Shown here: in pieces, positions 1 to 11,600 of the stretch
Layout: each line of letters begins with the position of its first letter
How positions within the stretch are numbered: the stretch's first letter is position 1
Assembly (NCBI GenBank): GCA_964019425.1
Contig: OZ025797.1
Span: 1,178,001-1,242,000, forward strand
Length of the DNA: 64,000 nt
Source: Flectonema sp. DT1601
Lineage: Eukaryota
Reading direction: 5' to 3'
Notes under the pieces: generated by a model
Databases searched by the model: none
What the model was told of the DNA's origin: nothing
What the model saw: the letters and a program-made list of their open reading frames with translations, nothing else
Translations under genes and position numbers: made by a program

Positions 1-556
1 ATTACTGCGCGGAAAAAACCGCACTAATTTTTCCACGCAGTAATATTTCCACCGCACTAATTTTTTCTATTCTTTCTTTTTTTTTTTTTTTTTTTTTTTC
101 TCTACCTCTCTCTTAATTCTGTTCGTTTCTTTGAAACGAAAATTCATTTGAATATTATTCCTTGGTCAGCAACCATCATTGTCGCCCTTTGGGCCTGTTA
201 AAAAAAAAAAAAAAATAAAAAGAAAGTTTACGTCGGGAATAGGGCAGGAGCCAAAAGCTCCCAGTCCGTTACTTCCCACTTATCGAAATTCAACCAAATC
301 TGCAAAAAACCGCACTAATTTTTCCACGCAGTAATATTTCCACCGCACTAATATTTCTGCTCAGAAGTGATTTTTTCTCCAGATGCATTTTTCTGCTGGT
401 GCCTTACACAGCAAAAAAGCAACCAAATTTTTTTCTACCACCAAGTGGAAAAAACCGCACTAATCTTTTCTCAAAAAAACCGCACTAATTTTTCCGCGCA
501 GTAATATTTCCCCGCAGTAATTATTCAGCGCAGTAATATTTCCAGTTGCAGTAATT
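1..556. repeat. Array of short direct and inverted repeats, probably transposon subterminal DNA
   Basis: Motif AAAAAACCGCACTAATTTTTCC(A/G)CGCAGTAATATTTCC near 13, 305 and 474, partial near 449. 1-16 ATTACTGCGCGGAAAA is the reverse complement of TTTTCCGCGCAGTAAT near 491. The parent element cannot be assigned because the array runs off the window. Confidence 0.7.
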
Positions 557-772
557 TAAAATAACAAGAGTGATAATTGTGATCCAAATTTTCTTAAAAG
601 GGTTGATTCATTGTGGTTACACAAAACTAAATAAAAAAGTGAAAAGTATTCATGTTTTTTCTTATTCTTTCTTCTGTCTCTTCCTTGCCTTGTCAGCACC
701 CTTGCGCTTTTTTTTCTCGTTTTCTTTCTTCTTCTTTCTCTTCTTTTTCTTCTTTCTCTCTTCGTTTTCTTT

Positions 773-2596
773 TTATTCTTTTCTGCCTCTTTCGCCGTTT
801 CGGTGAGGCTTAGTTATTTCGCGTTCACCATAAACTCGCAGCCGTTTTACCCTTGAGCGACCTATGGATCTCTTTACTAGAGGAGGTTTTGTTTCATCCG
901 CTTCCAGCTCAGGAAGTCCGAGCCCCAAGGTTGGGACAGGATAGGTGTACACCTTTGCTGCTGTTTTTGCCCACAATTTCTGATTTACGAAACTGTAGGC
1001 CGCATCCAACGGCTCCCGATCACTAAACTGCTCAATGGCGGACATAGCATGTGAGCACGGAACACCGTACTCTTGGAAAGTGCTGCATGTGCAGCTCAAT
1101 TCGTTGAGATCTGCAGTCCATCTCCACTCCCCATCCTCCACCTCATACACCCCCTCCCTTACCCTAGTCGCCATGTGGTCCTTCCGTGCCGTAGCGTAGT
1201 TTGCCTTCAAGCTGCTGCGTACCCGCTTGACAGGGGCAAGGGATCGCAGCTTGCTACAACCTTCTACCTCTGCAGCAAACTCCTCCATTCTCGTCACTGC
1301 TTTGTGCAGAGCGTGTCTGCGAGTTCCCTCCATCAGGTCAATATAGTTTAAACCCCGAAGGGGGACTAGGACCGCGTTCAGAGACTCGGCTATATTGCTC
1401 GTTGTGTGACCGCAGCGGGGGTGGGGAATGTGGGCTTGGCAAAAGGTACCTAGTTCTTGTGCAGACACATAGTCAGCTGCACGCTTGGAGATTTTCTTAA
1501 GCTCTTTAAGCAACTCTTTGGCTTTAGCAGTGGATCTTGCATGTACTAATTGCTTGTACACCAAGAATGCTGCCTTGCCGTGCAGCTTTAATACGTTTCT
1601 GCCCATGTGGGCAGTGCAAAGACAGTGTGTCGTTGCCAGTCGTGAAGACACATTTGACACGCCCTTGAACTTGTCAGAAATACTAACGACACCTGTACGA
1701 AACACTGAGTTTCCAATCCAATCTTTGTGCAGCTTCACAAAAGTGGACCACCCGTCCTTGTTTTCATTTCCCTCCGATATCATAAATATCAGTGGAAACA
1801 AGTGGCTGTTGGCATCAACGCCAACGGAGACGTACAAAACACCCTTGTACTTTCCTGACAGGTGTGTCGCGTCGAAGGCGAACACGGAGCGAAGAAATTT
1901 CGCTCCTCTGCGAGAGTGTCCGAAGGACCACGCCGCCTTATTGAATCGACCGTCTTCGTCGATTCTCAACATGGTGCGGCTTTCACAGTCCGCGTCCTCC
2001 ACAGCCCTCATCCAGGCAGCAATCTTTGTGATTGCTACCTCTGGCTTCATGGAACCCAGCAGGTGGTTCAAAGTATTTCGTGCCACCTTTCTTCCTACCC
2101 TTACGCCACACACCTTTTTTGCCAGCTTTGTCACCGACTTCACAGTGAAGCTTACGGCTACTGACCGCAAGATTTCTGCCAAGCACTTCGAGGAAATGCT
2201 GGCCTGGCTTTTTCCGCAATTATGATGCGGGTTGGACGAGGTAGTTGTCCACCCGTCCCTCCCCGCCCGTGCATGTGCAGAAAACTTGCACTTCTTGTCA
2301 GCGCATATCAGCTGCGCGCGGGTTCTGTCGCTCTGCTTCGCTCTTAACCCCTTACCCCGCTGGGTCTCACAATGGCGCACTGCCGTTTCCCACCCTCGCT
2401 TGCTGCTGAAAACCTCATCCTGCCACTCTTGAATACCCTCAGGCAGCGAGGAAGACTGGGAGGAGTGGGGGTGAGAGAAGTAGGAGGAGTTAGCCGATTC
2501 AGAATCGCTGCATTCTGAATTAGAATCACTGTATTCTGAATTAGAATCGCTGTATTCTGAATTAGACAGGTCAAAATTCTCGGTTGCTGATGACAT
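773..2596 (-). CDS. Mutator-like (MULE) DDE transposase with SWIM zinc finger, 607 aa, ORF intact
   Basis: FAFDATHL (D1), SISDKFKG (D2), CLCTAH (CxxH), TSNIAESLN (E), SWIM CTC..FQEYGVPCSH, N-terminal C-x4-C...H-x-C finger. SNSEYSD-type unit x3 at the N-terminus. Confidence 0.93.
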   Translation of the reverse strand: MSSATENFDLSNSEYSDSNSEYSDSNSECSDSESANSSYFSHPHSSQSSSLPEGIQEWQDEVFSSKRGWETAVRHCETQRGKGLRAKQSDRTRAQLICADKKCKFSAHARAGRDGWTTTSSNPHHNCGKSQASISSKCLAEILRSVAVSFTVKSVTKLAKKVCGVRVGRKVARNTLNHLLGSMKPEVAITKIAAWMRAVEDADCESRTMLRIDEDGRFNKAAWSFGHSRRGAKFLRSVFAFDATHLSGKYKGVLYVSVGVDANSHLFPLIFMISEGNENKDGWSTFVKLHKDWIGNSVFRTGVVSISDKFKGVSNVSSRLATTHCLCTAHMGRNVLKLHGKAAFLVYKQLVHARSTAKAKELLKELKKISKRAADYVSAQELGTFCQAHIPHPRCGHTTSNIAESLNAVLVPLRGLNYIDLMEGTRRHALHKAVTRMEEFAAEVEGCSKLRSLAPVKRVRSSLKANYATARKDHMATRVREGVYEVEDGEWRWTADLNELSCTCSTFQEYGVPCSHAMSAIEQFSDREPLDAAYSFVNQKLWAKTAAKVYTYPVPTLGLGLPELEADETKPPLVKRSIGRSRVKRLRVYGEREITKPHRNGERGRKE

Positions 2597-2710
2597 TTTT
2601 TGAGGAACTAGCTGAGGAGAAAGTTGTTATAAATCCGAATAAATTGAACCTGTGGGAGCCTTCCTGTACACAAATTGACTTACAAGTTCAAAGCCCGAGG
2701 TTCGGTGTAT

Positions 2711-2942
2711 TTTGGGGTATTTTGGGCCACATTGGGGTATTTTGGGCCACTTTGGGGTATTTTGGGCCACTTTGGGGTATTTTGGGCCACCAGGTGGGGT
2801 ATTTTGGGCCACTTTGGGGTATTTTGGGCCACTTTGGGGTATTTTGGGCCACTTTGGGGTATTTTGGGCCACTTTGGGGTATTTTGGGCCACTTTGGGGT
2901 ATTTTGGGCCATTTGCAAAAAAAGTGGGGTATTTTGGGCCAT
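2711..2942. repeat. 20-bp G-rich tandem repeat (TTTGGGGTATTTTGGGCCAC), about 11 units
   Basis: Read directly from the sequence, with two interrupted units. Lies just upstream of the MULE start codon. Confidence 0.95.
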
Positions 2943-2947
2943 TGCCC

Positions 2948-3480
2948 TTCTTTTTTTTTATTTTAAATTCTTTTTATTTATTCTTTAAAGAAAAGAAACG
3001 GAAAATAGAAATTAGTCGACAAAGTCGAACGATAAAAAAAAACAATGATAACATTGTTTATTCTTTTTTTTTTTTTTTTTTTTTATATTCTTTTTTATTA
3101 ATTTTGAAAAAAAAAACAATCAGTTTAGCGTCTTGACCAGGACGGAAAATAGAAAGTGATCGACATAGTCGATCGATAAAAAAACAATGATAACATTGTT
3201 TATTCTTTTTTTTTTTATTTTAAATTCTTTTTATTTATTTTTTAAAGAAAAAAAACGGAAAATAGAAATTAGTCAACAAAGTCGAACAATAAAAAAAAAC
3301 AATGATAACATTGTTTATTCTTTTTTTTATTTTTATTTTTATTCTTTTTTATTAATTTTGAAAAAAAAAAACAATCAGTTTAGCGTCTTGACAAGGACGG
3401 AAAATAGAAAGTGATCGACATAGTCGATCGATAAAAAAAACAATGATAACATTGTTTATTCTTTTTTTTTATTTTATTTT
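2948..3480. repeat. Two-copy ~250-bp AT-rich direct repeat, each with an internal sub-repeat; probable MULE terminal region
   Basis: ACGGAAAATAGAAA...GTCGA...ATAAAAAAAACAATGATAACATTGTTTATTC occurs four times in an ABAB pattern. Confidence 0.8.
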
Positions 3481-3499
3481 TATTTTAAGTAGTTACTAG

Positions 3500-4830
3500 C
3501 TTTTCTGCTGCAGATGCCTTGAAGGTACTTCGAAGCATCACTACTGAGCTACTTGAAGCTAATGTTGTCCCACTTGCCTTCTGTGCTGACAATGCAAAGA
3601 GCATGCAGAATGCCCTGAAGGAAGCAGCACTTCCAGTTAGTATGTATCTAAAAAAGCAAACATTACCTGCTGCCCAACATTTTACAAACTAAGATTTAAT
3701 AAACCATCACAGAGATGGAGAGTCTTGAAGAAGACACTGACAATGACAGTGCAGCATCTTGTGAAAGTGCAGGAGAAGAAGACCCAGAGGGCATTGACGC
3801 AGATGCTCTAGAGCAGATGCTTCAGGCTGCAGGGAAGGAGAAGCTCCTCACTATCAGATGTGCAGCACATTCATTGCAGCTGTTAATGAAGGATCTCATC
3901 AATGGTATCCCCCTCCTCTCAACGGCATACAATAAGGTGAAGGATCTGACAGAGGAGATGGCAACCCCCAAAAGGAAGGAGTTGTTCCTTGAGGTGCAGA
4001 AGGGTCGAAAGGGAAGCCCTTTGCAACTTAAACGCATAGGCAGTACCCGATGGAACACAGTATACGACTGCTGGGTTCGGGCAGTGAGACTCGAAGATCT
4101 CCTGCTGAAACGCAAGGGGAAACAACGCCTGGTTCCTTGCTGTGCAGCAGACATCGAGAAGATGAAAACTGCTGCAAAATTGGTGCAGCCAGTTGCATAT
4201 GCAACTGATAACCTCCAGCGTGACTCGGCAGGGTTGCAGGATGTGCTGGGACAGCTGGAGTATGTGACACGGAAATGGAAAGCAATAAGTGATCCAAAGG
4301 TATCAAAATTGGTAAGCAGTGCACTGCAGTCCCTGAACACCCGCATTGTGTCTAAGTTCAGTTTTGATGCTCTTAAGATGTTAAGGGCAATGCAGGGGAT
4401 GGGTCTGAATGAGGAGCAGCAGAACCTGATGCAGCCTTACTTTGCAGGGTGGCTGGTAAGACATGGGTTCAGCACCACCCTTATCTCTGAGTTGTCAACA
4501 GCTACAGTAGAGAGGCAAAAGAAAGCACATCAGAAGAAGGATGCAGCAATATTCTGGAGGGAAATTGGTAGCAAGGTTGTTCCCCACCTTACACAGTTCT
4601 ACATGTCACTGTGTAGAATTGCTGCATCAGAGGCACATGTTGAACGGACATTCAAAGTGACATCCCGCCTACTGACAAAGCAGCGATCAAGAATGGTTCA
4701 CAGACATGTTGATGCTATGCTGCAAGTAGCGTGCAACATGTTTAAGGTGTGTGCTGCTGACCCAATAAGGAAGAAGACAAAAAAAGCAGAAGGCCCTGCT
4801 GTGAAGAGGGTTAAAGACGAACTTTCCTAA
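3500..4830 (+). pseudogene. hAT transposase, 5'-truncated, with one intron (3640-3712)
   Basis: Upstream exon reads ...AFCADNAKSMQNA (hAT DNAxxM). A GTATGT...CACAG intron joins it in frame to ORF 3715. RCAAHSLQL (CxxH), TRWNT, ASEAHVERTF...QRSRM (catalytic E/dimerisation region). The first catalytic D region is missing. Confidence 0.85.
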
Positions 4831-5326
4831 GTTTAATAATTCCTTTCTACCCTCTTCTAATAACTGATATCACATGTCTTTCTAGCTTGTATTTTACTAC
4901 TTCTGTGGTATAATTATTTAGTGAATTTATGGATATCTCCTCCTTTTAGTGACATTTTTTTAATCCAGGTAGGGAAAATGTGTGTTAAGGCAAGTATAGC
5001 GAAAAATCATACTCAGTGTTGATTGTAATAAGTAATAATTTGCCTGTCATATCAAAAAAAAAACATATTTCTCTCCCAACAGTACACATAGTTGAATTAT
5101 GAAATGTTATCTTTGTAGATACCAGGTTGCGCAAATATCGAAAAATCACGTCACTTAACAGCTTAAATGAGCCAAAAAACACACAAAAACCTGTAGTGGT
5201 GGATACTGGAAATATTATAATTGGTGTTTTTTTTTTTTTTCCACACTTTTTTTCCTCACAAAACCAAAAAAAATATCAAAAAAGTACAGAAACATGCCAA
5301 AATTTAAAAAAAAATTTTTTTCAAAA

Positions 5327-5400
5327 AAAAGCTAAAAAAAGCTAGATAGCTTTAGCTCCAAAAAGCTTAGCTTTAGCTTTTAGCTTTTTGCACAAGTATG
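5327..5400. repeat. AGCT-rich short repeats, probable right end of the hAT element
   Basis: Repeated AAAAGCT/AGCTTT(T) units ending in TGCACAAGTATG. No partner TIR found in the window. Confidence 0.45.
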
Positions 5401-5529
5401 CAGTGCTCATATGTTCTGTTCCAGACGAGGAACCTCCCCACGTGGCATTCAAGACCACTAATGTTTTAGGTTTACCTTGGTAATTCTCGTGTTTAGGATC
5501 CATTATACTGCTCTCTCTATCTTTTTGTT

Positions 5530-6067
5530 AACTCATCGTTCTTATAAAAGGCTTATAGAAGGCCTGACGCCCACTATCTCTTTTGAAGTTGGTGTCTTTC
5601 AAGGCTGCGTTTCCTCCCCGACCCTTTTTAATTTGGTATTCCAACTACTGCTCTTTTCCTTAGCAGTTCATCAACAGGAAGCCTACGAGTTTAACAATAA
5701 ATCCCTCCAACTATTAGTTGCAGCTTTTGCTGATGATTTACAACTTACCACGTCATCAAAGGCGGGGGCAAAATTGCTAATCAAGTCGCTTGAACAGTTT
5801 CTTTCCTGGTCTCGTGGTATGAAAGCGAAACCCCAGAAATGCATTGCCCACAGCTTTGTACAAGGGAAACCAGCTAACCCGGACCTGAAGATTAACAATG
5901 TTCCGATTACGAATCTCCAGGAAGCTGGAGAGTTCAAATACCTCGGGCGTTGGTTTGAGCCGAACGCCAAAGAACAGAAATTGCGAGAGCGCCTGACCAC
6001 TTTTACCAGGAAATTTTTAAAAAAAGTCGACGCCTCCAAGGTGAGTAACGACACCTCCCGTTTGTGA
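5530..6067 (+). pseudogene. Non-LTR retrotransposon RT fragment (domains 4-7), possibly RLE/R2-group-like
   Basis: GVFQGCVSSPTLFN, AFADDL, KPQKC, FKYLG. Truncated at both ends. The clade call is tentative. Confidence 0.8.
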
Positions 6068-6959
6068 CTATGACGCGGGGGAGTCGGCGAGCAAAGACTC
6101 GCAAACTGTTTGTTTCTTCTGATCATTTCTTTTTTAAAACCAAATAGATCAACATGGTTGGATTGGTGCAGAGCGCAGGGCCACTTGGGGCGATAATACC
6201 AAGGTAAGACGCTTGTAGCTGCTGACACATGTCCAGATTTTATTACTTCACGGACACCAGCAGCGAATGGGTATGAAATCCAATTAGATTAAACAGTTTG
6301 CTTTCCTTTCTTTCTTTGCTGCCGATGCGCAGCTGTAGACAAAGAAGTCCAACTTCGATGTCATTTGTTTACTTAGGTAATAAAAACAAACCACATACAG
6401 CTACAGGATACTCACATCAGTTGGACCGATATCGATGCTTTCGTTGTCTTCCCTGGCATTGTTTTTCAACAACACTCGTTCTTTTTCATGTTCTGAAATA
6501 CTTTGCTAACATTACAACACAATTCAAACAGGTCTTTCATTGCTTTATTTCCGCATTCTGTTTTGCCATGGGACGATGGAAGTACTTCGATGGAGGCACC
6601 CATGGCAAAACGCTTTAGGGGCATCGGTGTTTGTAACCCTCTGAAGCTTCTCCTTCTGCAACTTCTGAGGGAGCAACACTGTCTTTTCTGTCTTTTCCCT
6701 TGACTGTTTGGTGTCATCGGGGGTCATCTGTTGATGTAATGGAGTCTGAAGTTGTTTGTGAGACTCTGAAGGTGTGTCTGCTTGACGTTCTGGAGTGTCA
6801 AACAAGCATCTTCTATTTACATCGTTAGTCTCTTCATCTGGTATTGCTGTGCACTTCCCGTTCTCATTTGGAAAGTCTGCCGGGTGACTTGTGTCTAAGA
6901 AGCGATTCACGTTTCCTAGTATACCAATACCTGATCCAAGATCATCTACTTGTCTGCCC

Positions 6960-7451
6960 ACAGGACCAAGAAAGGGTTTTGGTTTTTATCTTTTCCTCAG
7001 GAAGTAAAAACCACTTTTGCACAAGTAGTCTAACAAAGCGATATGTTGAAGAGGTTCTCCACTCAGTCCGCATTTCTGTAATTCATAAAAACAATCTAAG
7101 TGAGGACCAGTTCTTCTTGATAATTTTAGATAGGTTTAGTGGACAGATTCAAGAGGATATTGTTGGACTTCTTCTTTCTTGTGGCTCTGTTTCTGTCTAT
7201 GTGCCAGCTGGACTGGAAAACTTCAGCCACTTGATGTTGCTGTATTCAGTGGTATGAAATTAAGACTAAGAGAGAAGTTTCTCAAATGGTACACGGTTAG
7301 CATCCAAGTGGATATGAGTACCACATCAATCGGGGACCAGCACTTTGCATGGGTTCTAGATGCTTATTTCAATACACCACCTGATACTGTAAAAGTAGGG
7401 TTCAAAAAAGCAGGTGTTCTCATAGAACAACCAAACTTAGGTAGTTACTGA
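6960..7451 (+). pseudogene. pogo/Tigger-like (DDE_1) transposase remnant, frameshifted near 7210
   Basis: LIILDRFSGQ, then YVPA / WTGKLQPLDVAVF in a second frame, then KVGFKKAG. Confidence 0.8.
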
Positions 7452-7699
7452 ATCCAACAGTATTACCACTGATGAGCTTCAAAGTGTTACTGTTTTTAGT
7501 GAAAACTCAATCTTCAGCCTTGATGATGATAGTGAGTTCTTCTTGGAAGACAACCTTAACCCCCACAGAGATTGTCTTATCAGATGAAGAAGTTGAGTTT
7601 CAAAGTGAAACACTTATTATTAAATAAGAATGCTATTTATTTCTCCCTATAAGAGCTTTTGTCTTTGATTCAACTAAATCGAACGGTGTCCACCTGCAT

Positions 7700-8050
7700 G
7701 ATCAACTTGACAATGGTAGCAACTTTGCCTTTGCTTTCAGGAAGATTAAAGAACTGAGATGCTGGTAAAGATATCAGTGTCAACAACATCTCAGACTGCG
7801 ATCTACCGTCGGTTTCTTGGACTTGTTTGTCTCGAAATCGGAAATACTATCACTTGAAGCCCCCGCACTCTCAGAAGGTGATCATGAAATGGATAAATGC
7901 TGCGACTTTACAAAGGCAGAGATTGAAGCAGCGATCAAGAAATTGAAGACCCGCAAGGCTGCAGGATCTGATGGAGTTCACAATGAGATGATCAAAAACT
8001 TCTCTCCGACAACAGCGGAATACCTCCTGAGAATTATTAACACTTCCTAG
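7700..8050 (+). pseudogene. APE-type non-LTR retrotransposon remnant (pre-RT linker and RT domain 0)
   Basis: FTKAEIEAAIKKLKTRKAAGSDGVHNEMIK. Upstream FAFRKIKEL resembles WAFRKVKQL in the elements at 48.7-64 kb. Confidence 0.7.
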
Positions 8051-8615
8051 GAAGACCGTATCTATGGCTCTTTTAGTTTTGTGGATTACTTCAGTAGTTT
8101 TTGTTCCAGGTTTACAATCATAAACTGATGACTTGAACAGAATCCAGACAGATGAATTCAGATTGGTGATGTCTTTTTTCCCCCTTTTTTCCCCTCTTTT
8201 TTTTTTCTGCCAAGAAAACACATACCTGTATAGTTTTTTGTCGGCTGGAATTGCATCTGATAAAACTGGTGGTCTTTAAAAGTGTAAGCCAGATACAAGT
8301 TGCCTAATCAAAAATTAATAACGCCGCTACAAACTATCAAGAATGTCAGGCGCACTTGTTGTTCTGGTCCAGGCATGTTACATTTTTATTTTGTATCAGA
8401 CCAGGTTTTCATTTCAAAAAAAAAAAAAAAAAAAAACGAAACAAAGCCTACATTATTATTGTTTGAAAAATGAAAATTCTCTTATTGAAAACCTTATCTA
8501 TTTAATTAGCAGGAAGCAGATGGAAATATTGACGTGCCTGACAGGGATAATTGGTACACTGCTGGTCAGCTGTTGGTTGCTTGGAGATCAATTTAAGTTC
8601 ATAATCTTCGATACA

Positions 8616-11600
8616 ATGACTACAAACAGACCAGAGACGGCACCGAAATTAAGTCCGGGGTGTCGAAGTGAGGAACTTACACCTAGTGCCACTGCAACAA
8701 TAAGACAAAAGTTAGAAAAAGCAACGGAACTAATTCAAAGGAATGCATGCGAAGAGGCAGTCACATTACTTTCGAAGGCTTTGACAGATTTTCCAAATAA
8801 TTTAAATTTATACTTAAAGCGATGTGATTGTTGGATAAGACGAAAGGAATACCACTGGGCACAACATGACATTGAGCAATGTTTATTAATTGATGTTGAT
8901 AACGCTGAGGTATATAATATTCAAGGTGATATATATAGAGGCCAAAATAGGTTTTATGATGCTTACCATTCGTGGGCACATCCAAGTACCAAAAACCGAA
9001 ATGACATAAAACAAAAACGTGATGAGTTACAATGCGCTGTTACAGGAGGTTCCTTGATGTCTGTTATTACAACGTCGATTGACAATGAGCTGCTTCGCGT
9101 ACTTGAAAATCCCAAAGACTTAGATTTGCTCTCTCTTCCTGATATTCATAAAAAGTTAGATGACTGCGCTAACATCCTTTTAGTTGATGATGTAGCTCTT
9201 TGTAACAATATCGTATCATCACTTTTCCTAACTCACTCATACAACAAAGCCTGTTGCATAATGGCACAAGTAATAGCTTGGTTTCCACAGCATATGCCGC
9301 TGTTCAACTGGAAAAAAATGATCGATTGCATGGGACGATGCCTCTTTCAAGACTGGAGCATCCATGGTAGAAATGCAAAGTTCTGCGCAAATGCGCTGAC
9401 AGTACTTGCAGCAGATGCGCAAGACGATGAAATACGCAGATATGCTGTAAAGACGTTGTTAATACCAATGTCGTTATGGTTGACTGATAGTACCCCTGCA
9501 CCAATTGAGCTACAAGACGATGATTTTGCGGTGTCGGGATGTTCATTTGTTCTGAGACGTCACTCAGCAATAAGTTGGTTGGAAATGTTGTTTGAGCCAA
9601 TGAATTCTTTTACAGGTGACCCTCTTGGTTCTCATTATCACTTAATTGAACAAGAATTATTATTATTTCATGGTAATCTATTTATGTTTAATCAATTACT
9701 TCATATAATGCATTCTGAAAAAGTAGTTTCACTAATCATCCCTGACATTGTATCACATGTTCGTGGGTTTACTGATGTATTAGCCTTACCAAGTAATAAG
9801 AGTATATTGTTAGACACGGTTACCACATTCTCGTTTTTTATAACGTGTGCTGATGCAACGCCAGTGTTCTCAAGTGCTGTGTGTACTGGTTTGCTTACTA
9901 TTTTGAAGACGAAAAATGTTTCGTCGACGCTAATCACATCTCAGCATGCGTCAGTGCCATTACTTGTTGTGTTGTCGAGGCTTGCGTGTTCTCATTCTCC
10001 AGCGTTGCATTTGTTAGAACACTTGGCGATGACGCATCCGGGTGTGGTTGATAGTATTAGAGCTTTAGCACAAGTCTTGGAGGTACCTCCCAAAGATTCA
10101 ATTAAGGATTTCACAGATGATACCAAAGACTCTGCGTCTCAAGAAATCGATGAAACTCCTTCCACACCCTCCAGCATCTCAGCCGATTCCATCTCTGACA
10201 GCGACGGGCCAGACATTTCCTGGGAGATGGTTTTAAAAGTAAATAATGACAATCGTGAAACATGTCTTCTTACGTATTGCAGTGATCATTACCGACTACA
10301 GCCTGTCTCAGTCACTGATGATGACGATGTATTCATTCCTCTGGTGCTTACAGATGAAATAATACCACATCAAGATAAGAGTAGTGTCAAAACAGACTCT
10401 CACAAGACTATTTCTAATTCAATTTCGGGAAACCTTCAACAAGTTCATGGCAGTGAAAATACTTTTGAAATCATCGGCGAGAACGGGAAAGTGCTACTCA
10501 CGGTTCAACAGTGTGGACTGAACAAAGAGGGAACTCTTAGAACATTGTATTACCCAATTATATATAATAATGATATTAAGGATTGCGTAGGTGGTCATGT
10601 TAAGCTAAACTTTGTACCAAAAAATAACTGGGTTTCAGAAGAGATATATGCAAAGACGGCACCCGATGGCATTACACCCAGAATTGTGAAGAAAAAAAGT
10701 GAAATAACGAGGGACTTGGCTCAGGCTTGGTGCCTACGAGAGATGGTTTCTCGGATTACAGGAGTTGAAGATGAAGGACTGCAGGGACTAATGTTAAGAA
10801 TGACTGTAGCTGATAAAAGAATATGGCTCACCAGACAGCTAAAACGACACCACCAAGACGGTGATAATATTGCTTTCGTGGAGTGTTCACGTAACGGTGA
10901 TCAATTTAAGGAACTTCACAACCAATACAAAAATAAAATAGGGCTCGCCTCATCTGACATATGCAGTGAATTTGAAGTCCGTTTCAGAGAAGAAAACTCT
11001 GTTGGATCAGCTGTTGTAAGGGAGTGGATGGAGATTGTTGCCGCTTCGTATCGACAGTCTCAAAATCTGATTCCGCATCCTAACAACGGATGTTATTTAA
11101 TAGCTTCTGATACTTTATTTAGAAATCCTTGGTGGTCAGTTGATTTCGAAATGCTTGGTAGAATGCTTGGCCTTGCCTTCTACCATCAGGTTACCCTGGA
11201 TCTACCATTAGATCCATCAATATGGATGATGGTATTACTGCCTGATGAATATCAATTCCCTTTTGATAGTGATGTTGATGATAATACAAAGTTACATAGT
11301 GACTTCAATAGACTGTTCCCAGATTGTGCTAAACATAATATAAAGTGGTTGATTGAAAATTCAGTGCAATTACTTGGTATAGATCTTACATTCACTGACT
11401 TAATTCCAAGTTCTGTGAAACAAGATCATAATGCTGAGCCAGTCACTGTTTCAATTAGCGATATATTATCCTGTAGTGGCTCTACACCATCTGATAGTAA
11501 CGATGACTCAAGTAGTAGTAGCAGTAGTAGTAGCAGTACGAGTAACAGTGATACCACTTCTGGACCAGCTCCCATCTCAGTAGAGTTAACTCCTGGTGGA

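Noticed and set aside
2711..2942. CRISPR array or telomeric repeat, and the overlapping repetitive ORFs
   Set aside because: No spacers, no cas genes, eukaryotic context. The 20-bp unit is not a simple telomere repeat, and the ORFs are artefacts of a stop-free repeat.
6298..6961. Short ORFs on both strands between transposon remnants
   Set aside because: No recognisable motifs. Probably another decayed element, but it cannot be assigned.
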